A stretch of DNA of 64,000 nt from assembly GCF_009914755.1 (NCBI RefSeq), contig NC_060932.1. The stretch is one strand, 5' to 3'. Below are positions 38,736 to 50,216 of the stretch, one piece after another; position 1 is the stretch's first letter, and the number at the start of each line of letters is the position of its first letter. Source of the DNA: the human T2T-CHM13v2.0 reference genome, Homo sapiens. The position numbers and the translations under genes are program-made. The notes beneath the pieces are model-generated. The model worked only from the letters and a program-made list of their open reading frames with translations, was not told the origin of the DNA and searched no databases.

Positions 38736-38949
38736 CCTTTTCAGAGGACATCATCAGGACAGGAAGGACACAGAGGCTAGGATAGAGACGATGTCCCTTA
38801 GTCAGAAAAGGACCTGGTGTTCAAATTCTGGCAGACCACAGTGGGATGGGAGGACATCCCTTCTTGCAATTTAGCAATTTGGAGAGAACAAACTAAAGCC
38901 AGATTCTGGAAACAAGAGACAAGTTAATATTAGGCTGGGAGAAAAGCCT

Positions 38950-39255
38950 GCCTCTCCTCTCCTTTTTTTCTTCTTGTCTTCTTTCTTTCTTTCCCCTTTA
39001 TCTTCCTCTGTCACTTTTCTCCCTCCTCTCCTTCCTATTGTCTCTTGCCATCTTCTTCCCTCACTCCCTCCTTTCCTTCCTTCCTTCCTTCCTCTCTCCC
39101 TTCCTTCCACCCTTCCTTCCTCCTTTTCCTTTCTTCCTCCCTCCTCCTACCCTTCCTTCCTTCCTTCTACCCTTCCTTCCTTTCCTCCCTTAATCCCTTC
39201 CTCTCTTTCTTTCTTCCTTCTTCCCTTCCTTCTTTTCTTTCTACCTTTTTTCTCT
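38950..39255. repeat. Polypyrimidine low-complexity / (TTCC)n tract
   Basis: About 300 bp, almost all C/T. (TTCC)5 at 39073-39092. Confidence 0.93.
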
Positions 39256-39769
39256 ACAAGTAAATGTCCCTACCTATACATTATGCTAGGAACCAGAAAA
39301 CTGAAATAAATTTGACAGAGGTCCTACTTTCAAAGACGACCACAATACAAAAATTAGGATCTGGGATCAGTCTCATAGTCAACTTATGTGGGATCCAGGA
39401 TCCTGAAAAGATTCTGTTAGGCAGACAGAGCAGTACATGGGAGGATGAAGGACAAAAGTGTGCAGTGTGGAGTTTATGCAGGAGCACCTGGTAGAACTAC
39501 AGGACCACATAATATAAGAAAAAGAGATGGACCCCCAGCCCACCTATGAGTGGGGAAGAGTGATTTCTAACTCAACAAAGCAGGTTTCTGGTGCTTTAAG
39601 GAATGGGCAAATGGGGATTGGCCTGCAGACACTTTCAGGGGGACTGACTGATGAAGCAGGCTGGTGCTGACAGCAACAGAGCAATGGCCTCAGCTGTGGA
39701 AATTCAGCGCCATTCAATTCTTTCAGCACTACTGTCACACCTGCTCGGTTTTTTGCCTAGGTTTATGTC

Positions 39770-39990
39770 CTCCCTCCATTCACTTAAGGAAGTGCTTATT
39801 AAATACTTACTATTCATCAGTTCTTCTGTTAGCCCCAGTGGTATAATGGTAAGCCAGATGGAGACAGCCCCTGTGCCAACTGATCAACATGGTGGAGAAG
39901 TCAACAAATCAACAAGTGTACATGTAAAATAAATAAATGATCATGCTTGTGATGAGAGCTAGCAAGGATATACACAGAGTGACACAGTCA
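39770..39990 (-). mobile_element. L2 3' end
   Basis: CATTCACTTAAG..TTATTAAATACTTACTAT..GAGACAGCCCCTG. Confidence 0.65.
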
Positions 39991-40289
39991 GAGATCACTG
40001 GGAAAAAAACTCAGCATCCTGGTGCCTCATCTACTCAATTTACATTGCAGAGATTAGAGAGATTTCTTCTTCTCTCACTTACGTTGGCTTCTCTCATATT
40101 CAACTGTTTCAGGGAGGGGGTACTCAGCCACCCCCTCTTACTAGAAGAAGCAAGCCTGGAATTCAGGATCTAATGAAGCTATACTCCAAGAATCTCCCAT
40201 TGTCAGGATCTCAAAGGCTTCCTTTTCTAGTTCTGTGATGCTCCATTCTGTGTTTGAGTTTTCTCAACAATAATCCTGCCAAGAAGACA

Positions 40290-40430
40290 GGTCACCTCTG
40301 CTTACAGCCCTCCAGGCATGAGAAATGATGCATATCCCAAAATAGTCCATTGAGCCTCCAGACAATCTTTTTAGAAAGATACTTTTAAAATTATTCTGAA
40401 TCAACTTTTCCCCACTGGTCTTAGTTCAAT
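40290..40430 (-). mobile_element. L3/CR1 3' fragment
   Basis: ACCTCTGCTTACAGCCCTCCAGG..TTAGAAAGATACTT, the reverse of the motif at 23955. Confidence 0.5.
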
Positions 40431-40596
40431 TTCTTAGGACCTAAAATAATATGTAATCTAACAAATTCTTTTGGGCACCTCCTCTGTGTCAGTCACTACA
40501 TCACATAAATTCCTAGTTATCCTCTTGGCTAAATCAAAAGAAAAATATTTTACCCCATGAATTTGGGTTTATTTTTGGTTGATATAACTGGAGTTA

Positions 40597-40787
40597 TATC
40601 ACATATATATATATCATATATATACACATATATATATCATATATATATACATCTTATATATATATGATATATATATATCATATATATATACATCTTATAT
40701 ATATATGATATATATATATCATATATATATCTTATATATATGTATATCATATATATACATCTTATATATATGATATATATATATATC
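40597..40787. repeat. AT-rich compound VNTR with about 41-bp palindromic unit
   Basis: Unit CATCT-TATATATATAT-G-(AT)6-C-ATATATATATA starts at 40650 and 40691. Degenerate copies follow. Confidence 0.92.
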
Positions 40788-40879
40788 TACTACCATTATA
40801 AGCACCAATTATTCATACATATAAAATGAAAATCCTAAAACCCAACCACAGACAATTTTACCATTACCCATCCAGAGAC

Positions 40880-41105
40880 AGGCTGGCAAAATGGAACGAG
40901 TATTGGCTTTGGAAACCAAGACAAGTGGATTTCAATCATTGCTTCTTCACTTACAAGCTGTGCAAGTGTCTGAGCATCCCCAAGTCTCATATTCCTTATC
41001 TATAAAATAGAAACAGTAGAATCTAAAAATTAGTCTGCAATGAGAATTCGGGATTACTTAAATAAAGCTCATGATGTGGGACCTTGAAAAGCAGCTGTTA
41101 ATATT
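40880..41105 (+). mobile_element. MIR
   Basis: GGCTTTGGAAACCAAGAC..CACTTACAAGCTGTG..TTCCTTATCTATAAAATAG. Confidence 0.75.
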
Positions 41106-42469
41106 AACTCTAAGCACAAGCCCTATTTGCATTAAAGAATCTATTTGAATTCATAGGGTGGTGCAGCAATGAAGAAGTTCCAAGTTCATTCAGTCAAGCA
41201 CCCTTCAGTTAGCAGGTAATGAAACTCAGCCTCACATTCTTTGCTTAAAATTATACAGCAAATCAGAGGAAGGACTCCTGGCCTGGTGATCACCTTGCTA
41301 TCCCTGTGAACTCCAAAGCCTTGGGACTTGGCTTGGAAGCCTTGTGACACTGGGATGGATTCAGGGAAATTTCAAGGGGCATGACTCTGCCCCATTACCC
41401 CAGAGCAGCTCTAAATTTATCCTTTCAATATATTGGTATTGTCCCAATGTTTTCATTTGAAAAAAAAGTTTTACAGCTTTAAAACCAACAAAAAAATTTT
41501 AAAAACTACACATCTTTTTAGACCACTGTGTTCCAATGCCTTAGGGAAAGAATATAGACATTTGGCTAATATGCGTCCCTGTTGTGTTTTATCTCTAGAG
41601 AGCTGAGTTTTTAAAATGTACATATTCACATAGCTGTCAAGTTTTAATTAGTCTGCCTTTGATTGTGAAAAACTTTACTTAGATCAACTTATTCCCCACC
41701 GCCTGTCTCCCCCATTAAAAACCCATTTTAAAGGTTTAGCTCAATTATCTGAGTTGAATGGTTGATATAGAAGTATTTCAAATAATAGAGGCAGGCAGAT
41801 AATTGGAAGCATTTTTCATGGGTGAGATAACAAGTGGAATATTGAGTCCCTCTAAGCACAGGGTGCAGGGTTTTCCTTAGAATTTCATTTGAAAAGATCT
41901 TCCCGCTTAGTACAGAGAAACTGCTGTCATCCAAAGTCACAGAGCTTGCTTCTTCCTGTGCAAAAAAGCATGAATTTGGGTAGGAAAAAAAGAGATCTGA
42001 ATTTAATAGAAAACCACAGTGATGGAAAAGAAATTTAATTGTATATGCATTTTTTTTTTCTCTTGGCTTATCCTAAGAAGCATCCATTGAAGATAAAAGG
42101 AAAAAAATGCTTTCTAAAATCGGGGGTGGGGTCTCCTGGAGTCCCTTCTTTGCTCTCCCACCTCAGCTGCTACCCAGGCAGTTGACACCCTTTGCCAGTC
42201 AAGAAAATTTCTCCTAAACCCAAGAATAAGCTATGCTGTCCAGAGCACCATCTTTTAGAACATGCTTTACCTTCTACTTAAAATGTCCTTTCCCTGCTCG
42301 TCTATCTGGTAACCTCAGGACAAATGCCCCGTGGGACAAATGTCCCTCGGGGCAGCCTTACCTCGACCCTGCAGCAAATGGAAAGCACTTACTCTAGTCA
42401 CTCAGTATGCATGGTTGCTCCTTCATTATAACACTTATTCTTTAGATCATAATTTAAATAGAATGATGA

Positions 42470-42625
42470 TAGTAATAGCAACCATTGAATGTCTCTTAAT
42501 TCTCGCATCAATCTATGGTCAATACTATTTCCATTTTATGGTAGAGGAAACTGAGCTTAGAGAGGTAAAGGAATTTGGGTCAAAGTCACACAGCTGGTGA
42601 GCAGTGAAGCCCTAATGACAACTCA
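42470..42625 (-). mobile_element. MIR
   Basis: CCATTTTATGGTAGAGGAAACTGAGCTTAGAGAGGTAAAG..AAGTCACACAGCTGGTGAG. Confidence 0.8.
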
Positions 42626-43211
42626 GATCCAATGTCAAGGTGAGAACATCCCTGTCTTTCTCTCCTGGAAACATGAAGTCCCAGAGAGCAGCAGACTCTG
42701 TCTTCATCTTTATATTCCCCAAACCAGGAGAAGTGATGGTAATCAATACATACTTGCTGAAGGCTTGTGAAATGCACACATCTGTTTTTGCTCACTTGGG
42801 TCATGCCAATCTCACTATTGATCTGTAAATATGTAATAGGTCACCTCTCCTCAAAAAAAGACCTCTTCTGAAGTCTTTTGCCTTTGACATTAATTTAGGA
42901 GGGGAAGCAGAAAAGCTTGCCCCAAGTCACCTCCATTCATTTCCATTCTCTATGATGTCCCAAGAAGATAATAACATTCTGTTTTTTGACCACTTCCTTC
43001 AGAATTACAAATGCATTAGTTGTGTAATCTGCATCCCAAGTTCTCACAGGGTAAATATTTGTCAAATAGTTGCAACTGCATAAAACAGATCTCCGTTTTC
43101 CAGCCCTTAATAATAGCTTCCTCACTGCCCACCAGCCAGATTATAAACCAGTAACACTGTTATTTTTAATATTTTATAATGGCAACACCCTCACTTTTAG
43201 ATGTCAATTTC

Positions 43212-43565
43212 TGTGTGAATCAAAATAAGTTAAATTGTTCTATGATAACAACTTGGAAATTTCTGCATTAAGACCAACCAACGTCTGTTGATTGTTGATG
43301 CTACTCTTCCAAAGCAGATTGGCTGGGAGGCTCTACACATTCTTGTCACCTATGGAGAAGCCATATCAAGATGAGCTTTGACAATCTCCACAGTAGAGAT
43401 GAGGAGATGTGAGACATACCCTTTGGGTCTTAAGGCTTCTTTCCAAGACATCGTACTTGTCACTGTCACTAACATCTCATTGGCCAAAGCAAGTTACATA
43501 GCCATGTCTACTCAATCCTCGTGCCCAGGAATGGAGTCCCAGAATGTTAGTGGGTGGTCCTAACT
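43212..43565 (-). mobile_element. Old MLT1 (I/J-like) LTR
   Basis: GGTCTTAAGGCTTCT..CATCTCATTGGCCAAAGCAAGTTACATAGCCATG. Confidence 0.65.
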
Positions 43566-44454
43566 ACTCCCATGCCTTAGACGTAATGATGCCAAGATCA
43601 TCAGCTTGAATAAGAGCTTGAATAACTCAAGCAAGAGTTGAATAATTTAACAGCTTGAATAATTCAACTCAGTACCTAGAAAGATTTCCAAAGGATCTGT
43701 TTGAGGAAAGGTATATGCTATAATCTTATCTCAGAGAGAAATCGACCTGTAAGGGCAAAACTCAAGGCATAGCAGATGGAAGTTACAGAAAGGGTTTGGT
43801 TTTCCATATATAGCTCAAAATTGTTATGGGTATTTAAGAAATATTAAAGATGACAGTCAATAAGCCCTACTGCTCACATTTGGAATTTGTTGTCTGGCAA
43901 CTTTGCTTTATAGCAAAATAATATATTTCTAACATGGTATAAGAGAGCAAGATAATGATTCTGAGTTTTGTTTCTATTTTTCCTTGTTTTTGCTTTTTTT
44001 TCTAGCTCCAAGTCAACTCTTGTTTGTAGCATCAAGCAAATCACACAAACTATTTTCTAATATGTAGGGACATAGTGATCCAAGTCCTACTCAGATTACC
44101 TGATGGGGTTGTTAATAGGATTAAATATAATCACATATAGGAAACCTTTTAATCAATTTCGAAGTAAATCCACCACCATGACAGTCATGGGGAAGACGGC
44201 CATAACTAATCACAAACTCAATCAGTGTCCACAGAATGGAAAGGTTTATTAACCAGGACAAAGTGTCATTAAATTGTCAAGTTCAACTTTTTAAAGTAAA
44301 ATTTCATCATGTTCATATAGTAATAATGTCAAAGAATTTACAAAAATGTATTTGTATCTCATAGCTAAATTCTCAAATTTTTCAACGTATTAGTATATTG
44401 ATGAGTATAATTATATAATCATTCTAGTCCTATCTGGGCTAAAATAATCAAACC

Positions 44455-44650
44455 ATCTAACACTGTATGCTAGACACTCTTCCCATTTTACATATAGTAG
44501 CTAATTTATTTCTTACAGGAAACCCATGTGGAAAATGTTATAATCATTATCTCCATTTTACAGATGAGAAAACTGAGGCACATAAGGGTTGAACAAATTG
44601 CTAATATCACATATTCACGATACAAACTCAGTCTGTCTGACTCCACAGTC
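44455..44650 (-). mobile_element. MIR
   Basis: CTCCATTTTACAGATGAGAAAACTGAGGCACA..TCTGTCTGACTCCA. Confidence 0.88.
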
Positions 44651-44849
44651 TTGATATAAAATCGTTTTTTCTATATCCCTGTTCCACCTATTGAAAGGGG
44701 AACATTGAGGTTTTGAGAGATTAAGCATACCAGGCGGTGAGGAATCTTCGGGATTTGCACACCACGAAAGAGTAAGAGGATGATACAGAAATGATAGACA
44801 AGGACTAGGTCATTTGGGGTCTGTAGGTCATGGTAAAGACATTGGGTAT

Positions 44850-44925
44850 CGGGAGGCGGAACTTGCAGTGAATCGAGATCGCGCCATTGCGCTCCAGCCT
44901 GGGCGACAGAGCGAGACTCCATCTC

Positions 44926-44943
<18 letters not shown>
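44850..44943 (+). mobile_element. Severely 5'-truncated AluY (76-bp body plus A18)
   Basis: CGGGAGGCGGAACTTGCAGTGAATCGAGATCGCGCCATTGCGCTCCAGCCTGGGCGACAGAGCGAGACTCC. CpGs largely intact. Confidence 0.9.

Positions 44944-45000
<57 letters not shown>
44943..45000. repeat. (AT)29 microsatellite at the Alu tail
   Basis: Read directly. Confidence 0.96.
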
Positions 45001-45002
<2 letters not shown>

Positions 45003-45179
45003 TATTATGTTGATTGGGGAGCTGAAAATCCCAGCATTCAATATCAGTCCAGTTTAGAAATGAGGAAAGTGATGTTAATTGGCCTGTTCAATCAGTGTGC
45101 TACTAACTGGCAAGCCATGAGTGGTCTCAAATCCTCCTTTACTGAAAAAGAGGTAATGGCAATCATGTATGTTTCCATG

Positions 45180-45595
45180 TGGAGGAGCTGAAGGGAAACT
45201 TGAAACGACTGCTGAAGGGAAGATGGAATTGCATGGGGATATAGATGGGTGTGGAACATTCCAGGAGACTGGAATTGTATAAATAAAAGTATATAGAAAA
45301 GGTCGAAGGCGAATTCAGTACCCTGTGAGCAAATCATTTTTACTGGAGTGAGAGGTGTCCACACACAGTATCGGAGCACAGGTTCAACTACTTTGATGCT
45401 ATCATAAGGAGTTGGACTGAATTTGGTGGGCAGCAGAGAGTCATGAATGGTAATTAATGACCTGGTATGATCATGATATGACATGATCAAAGCAGTGAGA
45501 ACAATCACTCTGTGAAGGAAAGGTAGATGGACTTGCATACAAAAAGCTGAGAACACAGGCAGGAAACCCAGTTGGAAAGTGACCGCTGTTCTGCC
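45180..45595 (-). mobile_element. L2 fragment
   Basis: ACATTCCAGGAGACTGGAA..GAGTTGGACTGAAT..GACATGATCAAA..GGCAGGAAACCCAGTTGGAA. Confidence 0.6.
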
Positions 45596-45605
45596 TTCCA
45601 TACCA

Positions 45606-45757
45606 TACCAGCCAATACCATGTGCAGCATAAGATTTGCCCAGCTGAGCCCTGCCTCAAATTTTTATTCATGAAATCATGATATAAAATAAAATGTTTGT
45701 TGTACTGAGGCACTAATGTTAGGGGTAGTTATTATGCAGCAAGAGACAACTGGATCA
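45606..45757 (+). mobile_element. MLT1H-like LTR, 3' part
   Basis: CCAGCCAATACCATGTGCAGCA..CCCAGCTGAGCCCTGCC..AAATAAAATG..TTATGCAGCAAGAGACAACTGGATCA. Confidence 0.75.
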
Positions 45758-46739
45758 AATGCCAACAGGGGTCAGACTGATACATTAGGTATACATAGTA
45801 TGAAAGCTTGGGTCTTACATTGCTATACACACTGATTTTTTCAAGAGAACAAATTAATCTTTATGTGAGATCTTTGGATGTTTAAATGTTTGCACTTTTT
45901 TCCCCAAAAAATCACTAGAGGGCAAAACAACACATTTGCCTTCATGGCCTCTGATTTTGAGCCCAAACCCTGTGGTCATATAGATAAGGTTTTCTACCCT
46001 ACCTCCCCCATACCCCTTCCATTAGACTGCCTTCCTGGGCGTTGATGACAGAACCAGGATCTGAGTCCACGTTCTCTGATTTCAAGGTCAGAGCCTTTTC
46101 CACTGCAGTATTTTCCTGCAAGTACTCAGAATATGAAAGTCATGTATTTTATACATCTTTCTGTTCATCTATGTCTAATTGACGGTTGGGTTTCTGATGT
46201 GTACTCAGTAGGCACTCATTGGAGAATTTAAAGGGCACCTAAATTTGTAAAAGACCAGGAAGTCCTGCTTCTCCACAGAGTCTATTTGGAACTGAAGCCA
46301 GGAATCTAAGTGGCATGTAGAATGATTGGAACTGATGGATGTATCAAATTGGGGAGCATTCTTCCTAACCCTTGGGTAAGATTTGCTCCAGTGGGAACCC
46401 AGACATAACACCAAAAGCAATATTAAAAGAAGGCCCTAGAATATTAAAAGAGATTCCAGCTCTCAGGCCTTAATTACACAGGGCCTTGCACAGGAGCCTC
46501 CCAACAAAGCAGGCTGGCAAAACATGCCCAAGGACTATTAATATTTTAGGTGCTGGCTTATACATTTCCATTGCCTATGGAGAGCTTCCCCTGAAACAAC
46601 TGCCCCTTCCTCCCACCCCCACACATACACAACACTGCTGCTTTGTTCTCCAATAGCACTGGATACCTCTCTCTGTAGGACTATCGCCCACCTCCCCACC
46701 CTACCTTCCCCCTTCCTGTTAACCTGATCGCTTCAAGTG

Positions 46740-47136
46740 ATGCTGACTGGCATTCCTCAATGGTATCCAGGTGGTGACTGAGCAATCTGCAGGGTGCAGG
46801 ACAGCCTCACTCATGCCTGGCACCCTGGGGGGCAGGGTGGCTGGAAGGCTGGGTTCAGCTGGGCCCCTCTATTTCTTGATGCAATCTCAGGACTTCCCCA
46901 GGTAATCTCTTCAGTAGGGCATTTGGATATTTTACATGTTCCTGGCTCCAAGAGAACAAGGCTGAAGCTAACAGACTTTTCAAAATGAGACCCACAATTG
47001 AGAAAATATCACTTCCAGCATCCTCTATTTACCACAGTAGTCATATACCAGCCTAGATTCGATGGGAGAAGAAATAGACCCCATGCTTGAATGGGATGAA
47101 TGCCGAGCCATTTTCAGGTATCTCTTATCTGCTACA
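46740..47136 (-). mobile_element. MLT1H-like LTR, 5' part
   Basis: GCCTCACTCATGCCTGGCACC..GGCTGGAAGGCTGGGTTCAGCTGGG..CCAGCCTAGATTC..AAATAGACCCCA..TATCTGCTACA. Confidence 0.75.
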
Positions 47137-47275
47137 ACGTATGAATGCACATCCTCTACATTATCCCATAGATCTCTGGGAGCCATTGGAGAGTTATTAG
47201 TGATAGAGTGACTGTGAAAGATCACTGTGTCAGGAATGCACACCATACGCAGGAGGGGTGTAAGACTGGGGTCAG

Positions 47276-47574
47276 AATCCCAGCACTTTGGGAGGCCGAG
47301 GCAGGCGGATCACGAGGTCAGGAGATCGAGACCATCCTGGCTAACACGGTGAAACCCCGTCTCTACTAAAAAAATACAAAAAAATTAGCCGGGCGAGGTG
47401 GCGGGCGCCTGTAGTCCCAGCTACGCGGGAGGCTGAGGCAGGAGAATGGTGTGAACCCGCGAGGCGGAGCTTGCAGTGAGCCGGAGCTTGCAGTGAGCCG
47501 AGATGGCGCCACTGCACTCCAGCCTGGGCGACAGCGAGACTCCGTCTCAAAAAAAAAAAAAAAAAAAAAAAAAA
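47276..47574 (+). mobile_element. AluY (AluYe-lineage features), 5'-truncated by about 25 bp
   Basis: GAGATCGAGACCATCCTGGCTAACACGG. GGGCGAGGTGG and GGCGACAGCGAGAC variants. Perfect TSD AAGACTGGGGTCAGAA at 47262-47277 and 47573-47588. A26 tail. Confidence 0.95.
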
Positions 47575-47959
47575 GACTGGGGTCAGAAAGGCCAATTAGG
47601 GGACACTTCCAATCCTAAGGACAAGAGAGGACGGCAGCTCTAATTAAAAGTCAGGTGGTTTTCACCAAGAAAGATGGATTCAGTTAATATTTAGGAGACA
47701 AAAGTCAACAGAATGTGGGGGAATTGAAAACCAAGAAGAGTCAAGGCAATGCCTGATAGGAGGGAAGTTCAGGCCAGCAGCCTTGGGGCACTCAAGGCTG
47801 GAGTGGAGGGTCTTCTTTTACTTTTCTCTCCTTTTTTTCTACTTTTCTTATTGCTCTTCTGTAAAAATCATAAGAATATGGATCAACTACAGCATAAGAT
47901 CAACTTTAGCCAAAATTTCCTCACTTAAAACTTAAAAACTTTTAATTATGATTTAAATA

Positions 47960-48210
47960 GTTGAATATGTTAGAGAACCTGTACAGTATATTCTGCTGAT
48001 AGTTCCACATTTTGCTGGCAATCTTTATGTGCTTCAAAATAACTCAGTGTAGGGTTGAAAAGGATGCACAGGTGTGGGAGGTACACATGAACCAGATGGG
48101 CCATGAACATTGAACACTGTGGAAGATGGCTGGGGAGTATGTGGAGGTTCACAATACTGTTCTGTCCACTTTTGTGTATGTTTGAAATTTTGTATAATGG
48201 AACGTTTACA
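47960..48210 (+). mobile_element. L1MC-type 3' end
   Basis: TGGGCCATGAA..GGAGGTTCACAATACTGTTCTGTCCACTTTTGTGTATGTTTGAAATTTT. Confidence 0.7.
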
Positions 48211-49149
48211 TTGCATTACAAGTTGGCTAAATGTGTTACAACTGTGTTGCTCACATATTGATATTTTGGAGGCTCTTGTTATTAACAACAGTGATGAGTG
48301 CACTTCAGCCTCCACTGTGAAGCCAGAGACATGGGGCTCAGTCCACAGACCTCTTCTGAAACACAACCACAGTGAAGGCTTCTAGCTGAAATGAAAAAAG
48401 GAAGAAAAAGATGATTTGGTCAGCATTAACGAAATGGAGCTGAAATGTCAGCACTTGGGATCTATTTCACTTCTGCTTGAAATGAAATTCCCTTTTCTAT
48501 TTGTTTAGTAAGAGAAGAGAGCGAGAGAGAAAGGATTTGTTTTCAAATTCCACCCCATGAAGCCTATTCACCATAGAGATGTGTGTATGTTTTTCAGCCT
48601 TACAGAGGGGTGGTTGGGACTCAATTTTTAAAATATTCATAAAGCTCATTAAGGATGAAAATCGGTGTGTTGTGTGGTGATTATTATTCTGATAGGACTA
48701 GAACTTTGTTTTCAGTGCTGAGATCTAAGGAAGTTAGCTGAGTCAACTTCATTAACATATCGGGCAGTGCATGGCCAGTTCTACCCTCTGACATCTTCTA
48801 AGAAATCCACCTGAAAGGACAATTCCAAAGCATAAGATGACACTTCTCGTGAGTTAGGAAGAGGGTGGGAAGGGGAATTACAGTTTAGTTTCTCTGCTGT
48901 TACCCACTTAACCTCTGCTGGGGAGAGGGTTTGCGGCCACCCAGATGGAATCTGAGATTAAAGCTGGTATTGGAGAGAGGATAGTTTGACTTTAGGAAGT
49001 CCAGGTTAAAACCAAGTGGTCATACTATTAATGACAGTGTTTAATTTCGTGCAGTATTCTTGCTTTAAAAAAATGAGTTTCAAAACCCACCTTTTCCGTC
49101 GGAGGCACTGTGCTAGGCACTATGATGGTGTAGAAAACATTTTCTGGCT

Positions 49150-49340
49150 ATCAGGCTTGGATAAATGAATTCATTTCTCTGAGCCCCAGTTTCCTCATAA
49201 GTAAAATGGAGATGATAATCAGAGCTATGTCACAGGGTTGTTTGTAAATATTAAATTATATAACTGGATACGCATTGTTTATCACCCCAGCTGGTGCAAA
49301 TGGCTTGTAATTGGTAGCTATGCACCTTATTATTATTGCT
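49150..49340 (+). mobile_element. MIR
   Basis: TCTCTGAGCCCCAGTTTCCTCATAAGTAAAATGGAGATGATAAT. Confidence 0.85.
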
Positions 49341-49809
49341 GTAGGAATCTACTGGTATAGAAATAAATGTAGAAATTATTACACTTCTCATGAGTTAGAA
49401 AAACAGTTTGAAAACCAAAACAAAAAAGATCACATAAATGAGTATACTTCATCCAACCCAAAAAATGCATTACATGTAAATAGATCAGAAATATAATGGT
49501 TCAACTATAATGAACATAGAAATGTAATCCTTGGAAATATAGTGTAGAAACAGAATAAAGGATTTAACTCTTTTCAGTGTAGAACTGTTGCATAGAGATA
49601 TAGCAGAAAGATAGTGCAAAAATTACTGAGTCTCACTCTTGGCAATAAAGCCAAGCTCTTTTATTCATTCTGCAATAAAAATTAAAAATGACCTCATGTC
49701 ACAATGTCTAAAGGATCTTTCACTTTTGAGGCATCATTGATTAGGAAGAAGTGTGGAGAAGCTCAATGTTTTGCATGCTATTAAAACAAAGAAAAGGTGG
49801 ATTTCTTTT

Positions 49810-50216
49810 TTTTTTTCTTTTTTATATTTCCTTTTTTATTATGATTATACTTTAAGTTCTGGGACACGTGCAGGACGTGCAGGTTTGTTACATAGGTATA
49901 CACGTGCCGTGGTGGTTTGCTGCACTCACCAACCCATCACCTACATTAGGTATTTCTCTTAATGCTATCCCTCCCTTAGCACCCCCAACCCCCAGCAGGC
50001 CCCAGTGTGTGATGTTCCCCTCCCTGTGTCCATGTGCTCTCATTGTTCAACTCCCACTTAACAAGTGAGAACATGCGGTGTTTGGTTTTCTGTTCCTGTG
50101 TTAGTTTGCTGAGAATGATGGTGTCCAGCTTCATCCATGTCCCTGCAAAGGACATGAACTCATCCTTTTTTATGGCTGCATAGTATTCCATGGCGTATAT
50201 GTGCCACATTTTCTTT
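49810..50216 (-). mobile_element. L1PA7-like 3' end (putative 3'-transduced segment)
   Basis: TTAAGTTCTGGGAC..TTGTTACATAGGTATACACGTGCC..GGTGGTTTGCTGCA. ORF2 C-terminus MWHIYAMEYYAAIKKDEFMSFAGTW. Confidence 0.88.

Noticed and set aside
38871-39309. Low-complexity ORFs (P/S/F/L-rich or R/K/E/G-rich)
   Set aside because: Translations of the polypyrimidine tract.
45092-45601. Longest ORF (169 aa)
   Set aside because: Overlaps decayed L2. No recognisable domain or splice context.
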